From Thermoanaerobaculia bacterium (GTDB lineage Bacteria; Acidobacteriota; Thermoanaerobaculia; Multivoradales; J023), in contig JAUIJL010000034.1 in assembly GCA_030431255.1 (NCBI GenBank), positions 5,909-69,908 on the forward strand: 64,000 nucleotides of DNA, in the 5' to 3' direction. Made by a program: the position numbers and the translations under genes. This document shows, one piece after another, positions 1 to 9,734 of this stretch. Under the pieces are notes generated by a model. That model saw nothing but the letters and a program-made list of their open reading frames with translations. It had not been told where the DNA came from and searched no databases. Each line of letters begins with the position of its first letter. Within the stretch, counting starts at the first letter, position 1.

Positions 1-513
1 CTCCGGGTGGGTGAGAATTTGTTGGATCGGCTGGTTGTCGAGCAACAAGCGGAAGAGGGTGAGGAAGTAGGGCTCGAAAGCGCCGAGACCGCTGCGGGAG
101 TCGAGGCTGAATCCCACTCTGATGTAGGCCTGGGGATTCAGGATGTCGTCGAGGGTCAGGGTCGCTGAGTCGAGGCGATCGGTTTCGCGCACCAGCTGCT
201 CGTATTGGGGCATGCTGACCGTCGCACCGTAGTAGTCGTAAACCAGGCGCGCGGCGGAGGGGGCACGGCCGAATCGACCACGAAAGCCGGTGGGAGGAGT
301 CGCCGGAGCCGCGGTGTGCAAGTGGTGGTCGAACCACATCTCGCAATTCGGGTGATACGGCAAATTGGCGATGATGTCCGTCGGGCGGATCTCAACTCGA
401 TCCTCGGTCAAGTCCTGCGGGTGGACCAATAAGACGTCATCGCGCTTTTCATTCAGGCCGATGAGCACGGAACAAGCCAGGCCGTCGAGATCTCCACGGG
501 TCACGATACGCAT
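1..513 (-). CDS. DHH-family phosphoesterase (nanoRNase/exopolyphosphatase-related); runs off the window start
   Basis: Not in the ORF track. Manual translation from ATG at 513 (GAGGAG RBS upstream) gives MRIVTRGDLDGLACSVLI...HPQDL...DIIANLPYHPNCEMWFDHH, with DxD and DHH motifs. Confidence 0.8.
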   Translation of the reverse strand, partial: MRIVTRGDLDGLACSVLIGLNEKRDDVLLVHPQDLTEDRVEIRPTDIIANLPYHPNCEMWFDHHLHTAAPATPPTGFRGRFGRAPSAARLVYDYYGATVSMPQYEQLVRETDRLDSATLTLDDILNPQAYIRVGFSLDSRSGLGAFEPYFLTLFRLLLDNQPIQQILTHPE

Positions 514-608
514 AAGAAGCTCCTCATCTCACCGGGATCATATCCCGACCGGGTGCCACGACGGGCACCCCTCCCGACATGCGGGAGGGGAAGGCGGGAA
601 TCGTGGCA

Positions 609-1610
609 TCAAGCGCCGAGGGTGGCGACCATCACGGCCTTGATGGTATGGACTCGATTCTCCGCTTGATCAAAGACCACCGAGCAAGGGGATTCAAAAA
701 CATCTTCCGTGACCTCGATGCCGTCGAGCCCCCATTTTTGGAAGACTTCCTCGCCCTTGGTGGTTTCCCGATTGTGGAAAGCCGGCAGGCAGTGGAGAAA
801 TTTGACCCGAGGATTGCCGGTTTTTTCCACCACGTCCATGTTGACTTGGAAGGGACGGAGCTGGGCGATGCGCTCTTCCCATGCCGAGTCGGGGTCGCCC
901 ATGGAGACCCATACGTCCGTGTAGAGGAAATCCACGCCTTTGACGGCCTCGGCCACATCGTCGGTGAGGGTGATTTTCGCACCGGAGGCTTCGGCGAGCT
1001 CCCGGCAAGTCGCTTCCAGCTCCGGGGTCGGTCGACAGGATTCCGGCGACGCCATGCGGAAATCGATGCCCAGCTTGGCGCTGCCCACCATCAACGAGTT
1101 GCCCATGTTGTTGCCGCCGTCTCCGAGGTAACACAGGGACATCTGATCCAAGGGTTTGGGGCAGAATTCCTGCATGGTCAGGAAGTCCGCGAGGATTTGG
1201 GTCGGATGGTATTCGTCGGTCAGGCCGTTCCACACCGGCACTCCGGCGTATTCCGCCAGCTCTTCCACCCGCTCCTGGCCGAAACCGCGATATTCGATGC
1301 CGTCGTACATGCGACCGAGCACGCGAGCGGTGTCTTTCACCGACTCTTTGTAGCCGATGTGGGATCCCGACGGGCCCAAATAGGTGATGTGGGCGCCCTG
1401 GTCAAAGGCGGCGGTTTCAAAGGCGCAGCGGGTTCGGGTCGACGATTTCTCAAAAATCAGGGCAATGTTCTTGCCGCTGAGCCGTGCCTGCTCGGTGCCG
1501 GTGTATTTGGCCCGTTTGAGGTCGCGGGAAAGATCCAGCAGGAAGTGGATTTCCTGCGGGGTGAAGTCCAACAGCTTGAGAAAGTGACGATTGCGCAAGT
1601 TGAACGCCAT
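609..1610 (-). CDS. argF: Ornithine carbamoyltransferase
   Basis: STRT, HPTQ and HCLP motifs; N-terminus [17 protein letters not shown] is typical of ArgF/ArcB; AGGAG RBS. Confidence 0.95.
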   Translation of the reverse strand: MAFNLRNRHFLKLLDFTPQEIHFLLDLSRDLKRAKYTGTEQARLSGKNIALIFEKSSTRTRCAFETAAFDQGAHITYLGPSGSHIGYKESVKDTARVLGRMYDGIEYRGFGQERVEELAEYAGVPVWNGLTDEYHPTQILADFLTMQEFCPKPLDQMSLCYLGDGGNNMGNSLMVGSAKLGIDFRMASPESCRPTPELEATCRELAEASGAKITLTDDVAEAVKGVDFLYTDVWVSMGDPDSAWEERIAQLRPFQVNMDVVEKTGNPRVKFLHCLPAFHNRETTKGEEVFQKWGLDGIEVTEDVFESPCSVVFDQAENRVHTIKAVMVATLGA

Positions 1611-1737
1611 GGCGTGGATCTCCTTTTGGGTTGCCCGCGACGGGAGGCCGGCGGGTCGCGCGGGATGATACGTGAAACGATCATCGATTCCGAGGGCGGG
1701 AAGGGATTCGCCTCTTCGGGGAATTTCCCAAAGATAC

Positions 1738-1766
1738 TTGACTAGTCAAATAATAACCTGTACTCT
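1738..1766 (+). promoter_or_regulatory. Sigma70-type promoter of marR with a palindromic operator over the -35
   Basis: TTGACT(1738-1743)-N17-TACTCT(1761-1766), ATG 6 nt later. The -35 is half of the perfect palindrome TTGACTAGTCAA (1738-1749). Confidence 0.7.
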
Positions 1767-1772
1767 TTTTCC

Positions 1773-2324
1773 ATGATGGTCGACCGCGACACCCCAGCTT
1801 CTTCCCACCCAGCCCCCAACGGCAACACCGCAAGCCGAAAGCGAAGCGTGCTGCAGGAGGAGATCCAACAGAATCGTCCGTTCAAGTCCAAGGGGCAAGA
1901 AGCTACCCTGGCGCTGTTTCGGACCGCCGACATCTTGCGTCGCAAGACCTCCGAGGTCTTCAGCGACTCGGGCATCACCCATCAGCAATACAACGTCTTG
2001 CGCATCCTGCGGGGTGCCGGCGACGACGGTTTGCCGACCCTTTCGATCGCCGACCGCATGATCGAGCAGACTCCGGGCATCACCCGGCTGATCGATCGGC
2101 TGGTGGCCAAGGAGCTGGTGATCCGAGAGCGGGTGCCCAACGACCGTCGACGGGTCCAATGTTTCATCAGCGAGTCGGGTTTGGAGCTCTTGGCTTCCCT
2201 CGACGAGCCCGTGGACGGGAACGACGACCGCGTGATGGGCATGTTGAACGAGGACGAAAAAACACATCTGGTGGAGTTGCTCGACAAAATCCGCTTGGGA
2301 TTGCGCGAGTTGGAGCCGAAGTAG
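1773..2324 (+). CDS. MarR-family transcriptional regulator
   Basis: QYNVLRILRGA...ITRLIDRL...LVIRER...DRR winged-helix signature. Confidence 0.9.
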   Translation: MMVDRDTPASSHPAPNGNTASRKRSVLQEEIQQNRPFKSKGQEATLALFRTADILRRKTSEVFSDSGITHQQYNVLRILRGAGDDGLPTLSIADRMIEQTPGITRLIDRLVAKELVIRERVPNDRRRVQCFISESGLELLASLDEPVDGNDDRVMGMLNEDEKTHLVELLDKIRLGLRELEPK

Positions 2325-2340
2325 ATTTTTGGTCAGATAG

Positions 2341-2352
2341 TTGACTAGTCAA
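2341..2352. promoter_or_regulatory. Second copy of the palindrome TTGACTAGTCAA, candidate MarR operator
   Basis: Identical 12-bp palindrome with similar flanks (AGATAs...AATAAT), about 60 bp upstream of the doxX gene. Confidence 0.7.
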
Positions 2353-2410
2353 TAATCAATCAGACGGTAAATAGATCAGCAAACCATAGATATCGCGAAA
2401 GGAGCCTCCC

Positions 2411-2866
2411 ATGGCCAACGAGCTGTTGCAGAAACTCACCCGCACCGAGAACGACATCGCCCCGACCATCGCCCGGATCACCGCCGGAGTGGTTCTATTG
2501 CCCCACGGATTGCAGAAAACCCTCGGTTGGTTCGGCGGCAACGGTTTCTCCGCCACCATGGACTACTTCACCGGCACCGCCGGTCTGCCGTGGATCGTCG
2601 CCCTTTTGGTGATCCTCGGCGAATCCCTCGGGGCCTTGGGCATGATCACCGGCACCCTGTCCCGCTTCGCCGCCTTCGGCTTCGTGATGATCATGACCGG
2701 CGCCATCTTCATGGCCCACGCCTCCCACGGCTTCTTCATGAATTGGTACGGCAACCAGCAGGGGGAAGGCTTCGAATACCACCTGCTGATGATCGGTCTG
2801 GCGGTGATCGTGTTGATCAAAGGCTCCGGAGCGTTCTCCGTCGACCGCGCCGTCTTCAATAAGTGA
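2411..2866 (+). CDS. DoxX-family membrane protein
   Basis: HGLQKTLGWFGG...GFFMNW...GEGFEYHLL...GSGAFSVD; four hydrophobic segments; AAGGAG RBS. Confidence 0.9.
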   Translation: MANELLQKLTRTENDIAPTIARITAGVVLLPHGLQKTLGWFGGNGFSATMDYFTGTAGLPWIVALLVILGESLGALGMITGTLSRFAAFGFVMIMTGAIFMAHASHGFFMNWYGNQQGEGFEYHLLMIGLAVIVLIKGSGAFSVDRAVFNK

Positions 2867-2874
2867 TCCGCGGC

Positions 2875-4782
2875 TCAAATCAAACCCATCAAACCCGGTG
2901 ACGGCTCAACGGTGATCGATTCGCCGATCGCCGGCATGTCGAGCCCCACCAACTCGCCGTCACGCCAGGTGACGAGATGCCATCCTCGATCCAAGGAGCT
3001 CGAGACGGTGAAGCGGAGCCGGGTTGGTAGGGCCGCGGGGCCGTTGTCCAACGGGTCTTGCGCGTCCCGCGGAGCGGTCTCCAAGACCTCGATACGCAGG
3101 GGCACCGCGGATTTCGGCGGCTCGATGACCCCGCCTTCTACTGAAATCGCATCAGCGAGGTAGAAGGCGCGGTCGAGGGTGGCGCGAAGATATCGTCCGT
3201 CGAGGGCTCGGGTTTCCAGGGTGCGATCGCCGGTTCGGGTCAGCTCTTGGGTCACTGGGGTGGAGGAGATCACATTCCACGAGACGGTGCCCGGCCCGTG
3301 GCGGTGCTCCCACATGATGCTCGGATAGATGGTGGTGAAGAAGTCCGGCGAGTGGACCACCAAGAACCGGCTGATGGGCTCGCCGCCGTCGACCCGGTTG
3401 GAGCTCGGGCTATTCGGATCGAGCTCACCGGCTTCCACGGCCATGGTTTCCAGGGTCTCCACGATGGAGCTCGTGGTGCGGCCGAGCTCCGCCGTCCCCC
3501 TCTGCATCTGTATTCGGAATAAGGGCGCTAGGCCCAGGTGCAGCAGGAGCAGCAGGCAGAGCGCCACACCGGCGACGGCTTTGATGGCGGGTCGCTCGGC
3601 CCGGCGCAGAAGCTTCTGGGTGTCGAGGATCCAGGTGGCGATAATCACCGAAAAACCCACGGCCGGCACCAAGAGCTGGCGATCGGAGGGGAAGGCGGGC
3701 GCGACCGCCGGTAGGGCGCCCAGGGCTCCCACCAACCACATGGGCAAGAGGTCGTTCTCGCCTTTCGGATCATCCGCTCGCGGCCCGAATAAGCGGGCTC
3801 GATGCCACCAACACCACACCAACAGCCAGACCAACACCAAGCACCCGACGATTTCGAGGGCCAGCTGCGCTTCCGGACCCATCAGCCACAGGCTGGCGGG
3901 AAAAGCCGCGAGCCCGCCGGAGAGCAACGGCGGCAAGTGTCGACCCATGCCGACCACGAATCCCTTCGGATCTTGAAGGGGATTTAAATAGACCTCGAGG
4001 TCACGGGGACCGAGCTCGAGATATCCGTAAGCCACCACGTAGGCCACTGCGAGCGCGGCTATGGGCGCGATGGCCCGAAGCCGTTCGGACCATGCCTCGC
4101 GTCGACAGCAGAGCTCATACGCCAGCGGATAGGCCATCACCGGCACGGTGGTTTCGCCGAACGCCAGGGCCACGGCGAAGATCAGCGGCGCCAGCCAACG
4201 ACCCGTGGACCAACCGTCTTCTCGATATCGGAGGTAAGCCCAAAGTCCGGCAAAGGCCACCGTCGCAGTGACCAGAGAATGTCGGTTGCAGAGCACTCCG
4301 GCGGGCATGGAGTGGCTCTCGTCGAGGGCAAAGAGCAGTAGGGCCAAGCCGGCGAGCCGAGCCGGAAGACCTCTGAAACAAAGACCCACCACACCGATCA
4401 GGGCCGCCAGCCAGAGCAAGCTGTGCAAGTGCCAGGGGAGGGGATTGCGTCCGAAAAGGGCATGGTCCAGGCGCAGCAGGGCGCTCGACAGAGGACGCCA
4501 GAAGCCGGTGCGAGTGCTCTCGGAAGTCCACCAAGGCACGTCCGGAAAATCTAGGAACGAGCTGTAGAGGTTCAGGGCGGGACGCTCGAAATCGTAAAGT
4601 CCTTCGATCAAAGCGATCTGATGGTAGTCGTCGAGAAAGAAACCGATCTCCAACGACGGCAGGGAGAGCAGCACCGCCGCGGACATCGCCAAGAAAAACA
4701 TGCGCCGCGCTTGCACGGGCTGTGAGGAGTCGGCGAGGGGCGGCGGTTTGGATTCCTTCATGGCCCTAAACTTTATCGTCAT
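2875..4782 (-). CDS. Polytopic membrane protein, GT-C-fold glycosyltransferase-like (TMTC/PMT-like); start may be 4761 or later
   Basis: DD acidic pair after the first TM (FFLDDY), then FWRPL...LFG...WHLHSLLW and NRH; about 11 TM segments; C-terminal soluble domain. Confidence 0.55.
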   Translation of the reverse strand: MTIKFRAMKESKPPPLADSSQPVQARRMFFLAMSAAVLLSLPSLEIGFFLDDYHQIALIEGLYDFERPALNLYSSFLDFPDVPWWTSESTRTGFWRPLSSALLRLDHALFGRNPLPWHLHSLLWLAALIGVVGLCFRGLPARLAGLALLLFALDESHSMPAGVLCNRHSLVTATVAFAGLWAYLRYREDGWSTGRWLAPLIFAVALAFGETTVPVMAYPLAYELCCRREAWSERLRAIAPIAALAVAYVVAYGYLELGPRDLEVYLNPLQDPKGFVVGMGRHLPPLLSGGLAAFPASLWLMGPEAQLALEIVGCLVLVWLLVWCWWHRARLFGPRADDPKGENDLLPMWLVGALGALPAVAPAFPSDRQLLVPAVGFSVIIATWILDTQKLLRRAERPAIKAVAGVALCLLLLLHLGLAPLFRIQMQRGTAELGRTTSSIVETLETMAVEAGELDPNSPSSNRVDGGEPISRFLVVHSPDFFTTIYPSIMWEHRHGPGTVSWNVISSTPVTQELTRTGDRTLETRALDGRYLRATLDRAFYLADAISVEGGVIEPPKSAVPLRIEVLETAPRDAQDPLDNGPAALPTRLRFTVSSSLDRGWHLVTWRDGELVGLDMPAIGESITVEPSPGLMGLI

Positions 4783-4927
4783 CCCGCCCGGTCAGGCCCA
4801 GCACTTGGAGCCTGCGCTCTGCGTTGCCGGTGGGTGGTGGCGAATCGGTGAATAGACGGTCGGCGCGTCGAGTAGTATGGATTTGGATCCCCGAGAGTGA
4901 AGACCGACGGACAGGCGGTCTGTCCGT

Positions 4928-4990
4928 AAATCCTCAGTGAGGACAAGAAGCCCTCCATAAAATCCTCAGTGAGGACAAGAAGCCCTCCAT
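4928..4990. repeat. Tandem direct repeat: two 31-bp copies, period 32, each containing the palindrome TCCTCAGTGAGGA
   Basis: AAATCCTCAGTGAGGACAAGAAGCCCTCCAT at 4928-4958 and 4960-4990. Confidence 0.95.
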
Positions 4991-5006
4991 GAGGCTAGAG
5001 CTCGAT

Positions 5007-5036
5007 GGGAACCCAACGGAGCCGAAACTTGTCTGA
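5007..5036 (+). promoter_or_regulatory. Candidate ECF sigma promoter
   Basis: GGGAAC-N17-TGTCTGA, resembling the RpoE/AlgU GAAC...TCTGA consensus; immediately upstream of the 5042 ORF. Confidence 0.4.
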
Positions 5037-5041
5037 GCCGA

Positions 5042-8000
5042 GTGAGCAACATGTTTAAAAACACCTCCGAGCGACCTGAGATATCCCTTTCGCAATCTTT
5101 TGGGCTAGCCCGCAAATTTCACCAGCCTCCTGCTGCGACACCGTATCCACCTGCATCTACGGCGTCAGAAGCCGATTCTGCTCCTCAACATACTGCAAGT
5201 ATGCCTGCGTCGCAGAATGCGCCTTCTTCCTTGTATCTACAGGCGTCTCCGGCGTCTCGCGACGAAGTTGGTGAAATTTCCGGGCTAGCCGGCAAGCCAT
5301 CCATTGGGCTTCGGCGAATGCTGCTTGCGGTTTGCCTTGTCGGGCTGTGCATCCCAGCCATGTCGGCTCCAGCCTCGGCGTCGATTTGGGTTCAAGGCGC
5401 CGTTTTCGATCCCCAAGGAAAGCCCTTGGCGGATGCGAAGGTGTCTCTCTACCCCATGGTGCCCCGCCACGTCACCGGGCAATATTTGCTCCAGGGCATT
5501 CCCGGGGTGCCCGGCATCAAGTCCGCCGAATGCTCTGAACAAGGGATTTTCAAAATCGCCGCGCCGGAAGTGGGCATGTGGCGGCTTCAGGTCACGGCGC
5601 CGGGGTTCGTCGGCGCCCAGATTCGGCTGACCCCGCTGCTGGATCCCGTCGATCTGGAGCCGGTCACCCTGGCGCCCGATCGTGGTTTGGAGATCAGGGT
5701 GCTGGACGAGCAGGACCGTCCGGTGGCCGAGGCTGCGGTGGTGGCTTATCGACGCACCCCGAGTCGACGGGAGTCCCATCAGGTGGGCTCGGATTACGCC
5801 GTGCCGGTGTGGCATAGCGCGCCGTTCCTCGGTCGGACCGACGAGTCCGGCTGGGCTCGGATTCCGGCGGCCGAGCAAGACGCGGTGACCCTGCAGGTGG
5901 TGGCGCAGGGCTTCATTCAACGGCTGACCTCGGTGCGACGGCTTTCGGATCGACCCTCGACCGTACGCCTCGAACGGGGCGTGTCGACGCCGATAAAAGT
6001 CCTCGACACGCAAGGGCGACCCGTTGCTGGCGTGTTGGTGTTCCAGCAAGGGCAGCCCTATCCCGTGGCGGAGACCGGAGCCGACGGCAGCGCGGGGCTG
6101 AGCATGCCGACGGAAGGGACCTCCGCGTTCAATTTGACCCTGTCGACCTTGAAGGGTCGGTGGGGGAGCTTTTCGATGGACGTCGCTCTCGGCGACCGAG
6201 GGGGTTCCGAAAACCAGGGGGAGCCGAACGCCATGGAGCTCGTGCTGAGCCCGCCGACCTCGGTCCGCGGCAAAGTGATCGAGCGGATCGACCAAGAACC
6301 GGTGCCGGGGGCCTTGGTCTGGGACGGTCGCTTTTACGGTCGGGCGATCCGAGCCGATCGGAACGGAGAATTCGAAATCCATTTGCCGTCGGACGAAGGT
6401 TGGCTGTCCACGGGTCTCAACGGCTACCGTCCGATTTCCGGCAGCACTGCGTTGAGACATTTGCGCATCGCCGGCAAAGGGGATCTCGCGTCCATCACCC
6501 TGGAGCTTCAACCCATCGCATTCGTCTCGGGCCAAGTCGTCAACGCCCAAGGGGAGGGGATGCCGGGGGTCAGGGTGGTTCCCATTCCTTTTCAATATCG
6601 GTTGGTTAAGGAACAACGAGACGGCAAAGGTATCACCACCGGCGAGGACGGTGCCTTCGTCTTGCCCCGGCTGCTCGCCGGGGCCAACTATCGGGTGCTG
6701 CTTTCCGACCCCGTCCCTCGCCCAAAGGGTGGTGATTCCGAGAGTGCCAAGGTGCTCTCGGCGGATACCTGGATCGAGCTCGGGACCCTCGAGCCGGGAG
6801 AGCGTCGAGAGGGATTGATCTGGACCCTAGACCCCGCCCGGCCCGGCGAAGGGTGGGTGGTCGACGAGCAGGGCTCACCGGTGGTCGGCGCTGAGGTCAC
6901 CCTGCTCCAGAGCTCGGGTTTTCGGGATTGGGGAGGGAATGTCGCCGAGCTGCCCCCCGATGTCTTTACGGCTTCCACCGACGTCGAAGGGCGTTACCAC
7001 TTTCCAAATTTGCCGGCAGCTCGCTACGACCTTGCGGTGAAGGCTTCGGGTCTCGCGCCGACCCGGGTGCCGGGTATCGAGCTGCCGGTTGAGGAGCTGA
7101 GCCTCGCGGGTCCTTGGGGTCTGGGAACCGTGACCCTCGGGCCTTCGGTTTCCTTAATCGGCAAGGTGCAAGACGAGCAGGGACGTGGCATTGAAGGGGC
7201 TGAGATTCAGACGCGTCCGACCTATTTGGAGATGCGGATCTGGCGCAACGACGACATGTCGAAGCTCGAGAGCGATGGGCAGGGAAGATTCAGAGTTGAC
7301 GACCTCGCCCCGGGTCAAACCCTAGGCCTTTCAGTCCAGGCCCAGGGATATATTTCGAAAGAGATCTCTATCGTCGAGGCGCCCCAGGACGATCTTCGGG
7401 TGACCCTCATTCGAGGCTCTCGCTTGACGGGCCGCGTGGTCGATACCTCCGGGTGGCCGGTGACCGCCGCCCAGGTTCAGCTGCAACAGGATTCGATGGA
7501 CCACATGGGACGGTTCGGTTCTTCGACGGCGGTGGACGACGAGGGCAAATTTATCTTCGAGGCGGTGTCGCCGGGCCCCGCGACCTTAGAGGCGCAATCG
7601 GATCACAAGCTGGGGCAGTTTCGCTCGATCGAGATTCCGCCGGCCGGTTCCGAGCCGCTGCATGTGGAAATCGTCTTGCAAGACGGCGCGGTGGTGAGCG
7701 GACGGGTCACCACCGATCAGGGCGATCCGGTCCCCGGGGCGTATTTGAGCGCCATGAGCAAAGAGCCGAATCGGCAAAGCCATTCGCCCAACTCCGGCAT
7801 GTCCGACGCCGAAGGCCTCTTTGAGCTGCGTGGTTTGCCGGAGGGTCGGATGGTCATCACCGCTTTTCGGGAGCCGTATCTCAACGCCAGCGAGGAGATC
7901 GAGGTCACCGGCGAGCCGAGCTTTGTCGAGATCGTCTTCGAATCCGGGCACCTGGTCACCGGTCGGGTCCTGAACGAAAGCGGCGAAGCCGTTGCTGGGG

Positions 8001-9553
8001 CGGAAGTGTCCTTTCAGAATGAGGAAAAGGGGCACGGAATCCAGGTGACGACCGATTCCGACGGGCTCTTCCAATCCAAGCAGCTTGCGGTGGGCAAATA
8101 CAAAGCCAAGGCCTCGATTGATTTCGGTCGGTTCAGCTCCGAGGAAGTGGAATTGGAGATCTTGGGGCCCATATCCGGTCTCGAGCTCGTGATCTCCGAA
8201 GACGGCGGAGGGGCCCGGGTGAGCGGTCGCATCGAAGGCCTCGAGCTGGACGAGCTCTCCAAGGTCACCATACGAGCCCAGGGGCCGAATTTTCGACAGG
8301 GTCGCGTGAGCTACGACGGCCGATATGAAATCTTGGGTCTCGGTCCTGGCGAATGGCGGATCGTGGCCCAGCTGAATGTAGACGGCCGAAGCGCCCAGGG
8401 CGTCGTGACCCTCACCGAAGGGCAAAGCGAGGGCACCTTGGATCTCGAGTTCCGGCCCGGATTCGAGCTGCGCGGAATCGTCCGAATCAACGACAAGCCG
8501 GCGGAGTCCATGGTGGCGATGCTGGCCGGCTCCGGTGAGCAGCAAAGTGGCAGGAACACATGGACTCACCACGACGGCACTTTTGTCTTTAGGGATCTGG
8601 AAGCCGGGGATTATCGTCTGACCCTATTCAACATGAACGGCTTTCGCGTGGAGCGGGATCTCACCATCGACGGGGACCGCGAGATCACCATCGAGCCGAG
8701 GACCGCTCGGGTCGCCGGCAAGGTCGTGGATGCTTCCGGTGAGGCGCTCGGCAACTCGGCGGTGATGCTCTATCCGGCCGCCGGCAGCATGCAGCCCGTG
8801 TCCCGCTCGGCCCGAGGGGATGGGCGTTTCGATTTTCCGGCGGTTGAGGAAGGAGAGTGGGTGCTGGTCACTCGGCGATCCGGTTATCGGGAGCATCGCT
8901 TACCTCTGCAAGTCCAAACCGGGGCCGAGGTCTCCGATGCATCGGGGCAAGCGGCCGATTCCGGCGGATTGCAGAACCTGGAGATCCGACTCGAATCGGC
9001 GTCGGTCTTTCGCTTTGAAGCCAAAGACGCTGCCGGAAACGCGGTCACTCCCCTGCATTATGTGGTCACCAACGATTCCGGAGAGCGGGTGGACGGTGGA
9101 TTTCTCCATGACGCCTTGGGTCGATTCCGGATCGACACCGTGCCCCCGGGCACCTGGCAGCTGTGGTTGCAGAGGGGCCTCGGGGCCCTGCAGGCCTTTC
9201 CCATGACCGTGCCCGCGGAGTCGGGCTCCGATGGGGCCCCGGAAGCAAGCCAGGCAGGGGCGTCTCCACTCTTGGTGCTGAGCACCGTCGCCCCGGTTTC
9301 TTTGACCTCGGCCTCCGGATTGCTCAACCGCTCCGTCACCCTCTCCGTGGTCGCCCAGGACGGTCGAGCTCTGCCGATGTCCTTCGACTTCCAGGGCAAC
9401 CTCGCCGAGAGCGGGGTCATGAAGACCGGCGGCGTCCTCTATCTGCCCCTAGGCACCTGGACCGTGCGTTTGCAAGGGGATGACGGCGCGGTGATCGAGC
9501 AGGTGCTGGTCCTGGGCTCCTCCGAAACCCCGGCCACCCTGACGGTGCCGTGA
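5042..9553 (+). CDS. Large secreted protein of tandem carboxypeptidase-regulatory-like (beta-sandwich) repeats; true start may be near 5318
   Basis: Signal-peptide-like MLLAVCLVGLCIPAMSAPASA; many GxVxDxxGxPVxGAxV...TDxxGxF repeats. Confidence 0.8.
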   Translation: MSNMFKNTSERPEISLSQSFGLARKFHQPPAATPYPPASTASEADSAPQHTASMPASQNAPSSLYLQASPASRDEVGEISGLAGKPSIGLRRMLLAVCLVGLCIPAMSAPASASIWVQGAVFDPQGKPLADAKVSLYPMVPRHVTGQYLLQGIPGVPGIKSAECSEQGIFKIAAPEVGMWRLQVTAPGFVGAQIRLTPLLDPVDLEPVTLAPDRGLEIRVLDEQDRPVAEAAVVAYRRTPSRRESHQVGSDYAVPVWHSAPFLGRTDESGWARIPAAEQDAVTLQVVAQGFIQRLTSVRRLSDRPSTVRLERGVSTPIKVLDTQGRPVAGVLVFQQGQPYPVAETGADGSAGLSMPTEGTSAFNLTLSTLKGRWGSFSMDVALGDRGGSENQGEPNAMELVLSPPTSVRGKVIERIDQEPVPGALVWDGRFYGRAIRADRNGEFEIHLPSDEGWLSTGLNGYRPISGSTALRHLRIAGKGDLASITLELQPIAFVSGQVVNAQGEGMPGVRVVPIPFQYRLVKEQRDGKGITTGEDGAFVLPRLLAGANYRVLLSDPVPRPKGGDSESAKVLSADTWIELGTLEPGERREGLIWTLDPARPGEGWVVDEQGSPVVGAEVTLLQSSGFRDWGGNVAELPPDVFTASTDVEGRYHFPNLPAARYDLAVKASGLAPTRVPGIELPVEELSLAGPWGLGTVTLGPSVSLIGKVQDEQGRGIEGAEIQTRPTYLEMRIWRNDDMSKLESDGQGRFRVDDLAPGQTLGLSVQAQGYISKEISIVEAPQDDLRVTLIRGSRLTGRVVDTSGWPVTAAQVQLQQDSMDHMGRFGSSTAVDDEGKFIFEAVSPGPATLEAQSDHKLGQFRSIEIPPAGSEPLHVEIVLQDGAVVSGRVTTDQGDPVPGAYLSAMSKEPNRQSHSPNSGMSDAEGLFELRGLPEGRMVITAFREPYLNASEEIEVTGEPSFVEIVFESGHLVTGRVLNESGEAVAGAEVSFQNEEKGHGIQVTTDSDGLFQSKQLAVGKYKAKASIDFGRFSSEEVELEILGPISGLELVISEDGGGARVSGRIEGLELDELSKVTIRAQGPNFRQGRVSYDGRYEILGLGPGEWRIVAQLNVDGRSAQGVVTLTEGQSEGTLDLEFRPGFELRGIVRINDKPAESMVAMLAGSGEQQSGRNTWTHHDGTFVFRDLEAGDYRLTLFNMNGFRVERDLTIDGDREITIEPRTARVAGKVVDASGEALGNSAVMLYPAAGSMQPVSRSARGDGRFDFPAVEEGEWVLVTRRSGYREHRLPLQVQTGAEVSDASGQAADSGGLQNLEIRLESASVFRFEAKDAAGNAVTPLHYVVTNDSGERVDGGFLHDALGRFRIDTVPPGTWQLWLQRGLGALQAFPMTVPAESGSDGAPEASQAGASPLLVLSTVAPVSLTSASGLLNRSVTLSVVAQDGRALPMSFDFQGNLAESGVMKTGGVLYLPLGTWTVRLQGDDGAVIEQVLVLGSSETPATLTVP

Positions 9554-9734
9554 AGCTTCAAGTCACCTGTTATTTTGTGATTTTGGCGGCAAAATTTAAA
9601 AAATCGGAAGGTGACCTTGACACGGCGTCGGGGATCGAGACATAAATGCTCAAGCTGTCCGATCCCAACTGCTCGATCCAACTTCTTGATGTAGATTTGA
9701 GCCGAATCCGCGCAGAGCTATTTGAGGTGAGCCT

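Noticed and set aside
579-1745. Long antisense or alternative-frame ORFs (e.g. 579-1745, 5285-6616, 15339-16880, 20879-22129, 25640-26911, 31540-33006, 36875-38101)
   Set aside because: They are shadows of well-supported genes, expected in high-GC DNA with few stop codons, and show no motifs or RBS.
4928-4990. CRISPR array
   Set aside because: Only two copies with a 1-nt gap, no spacers and no cas genes.
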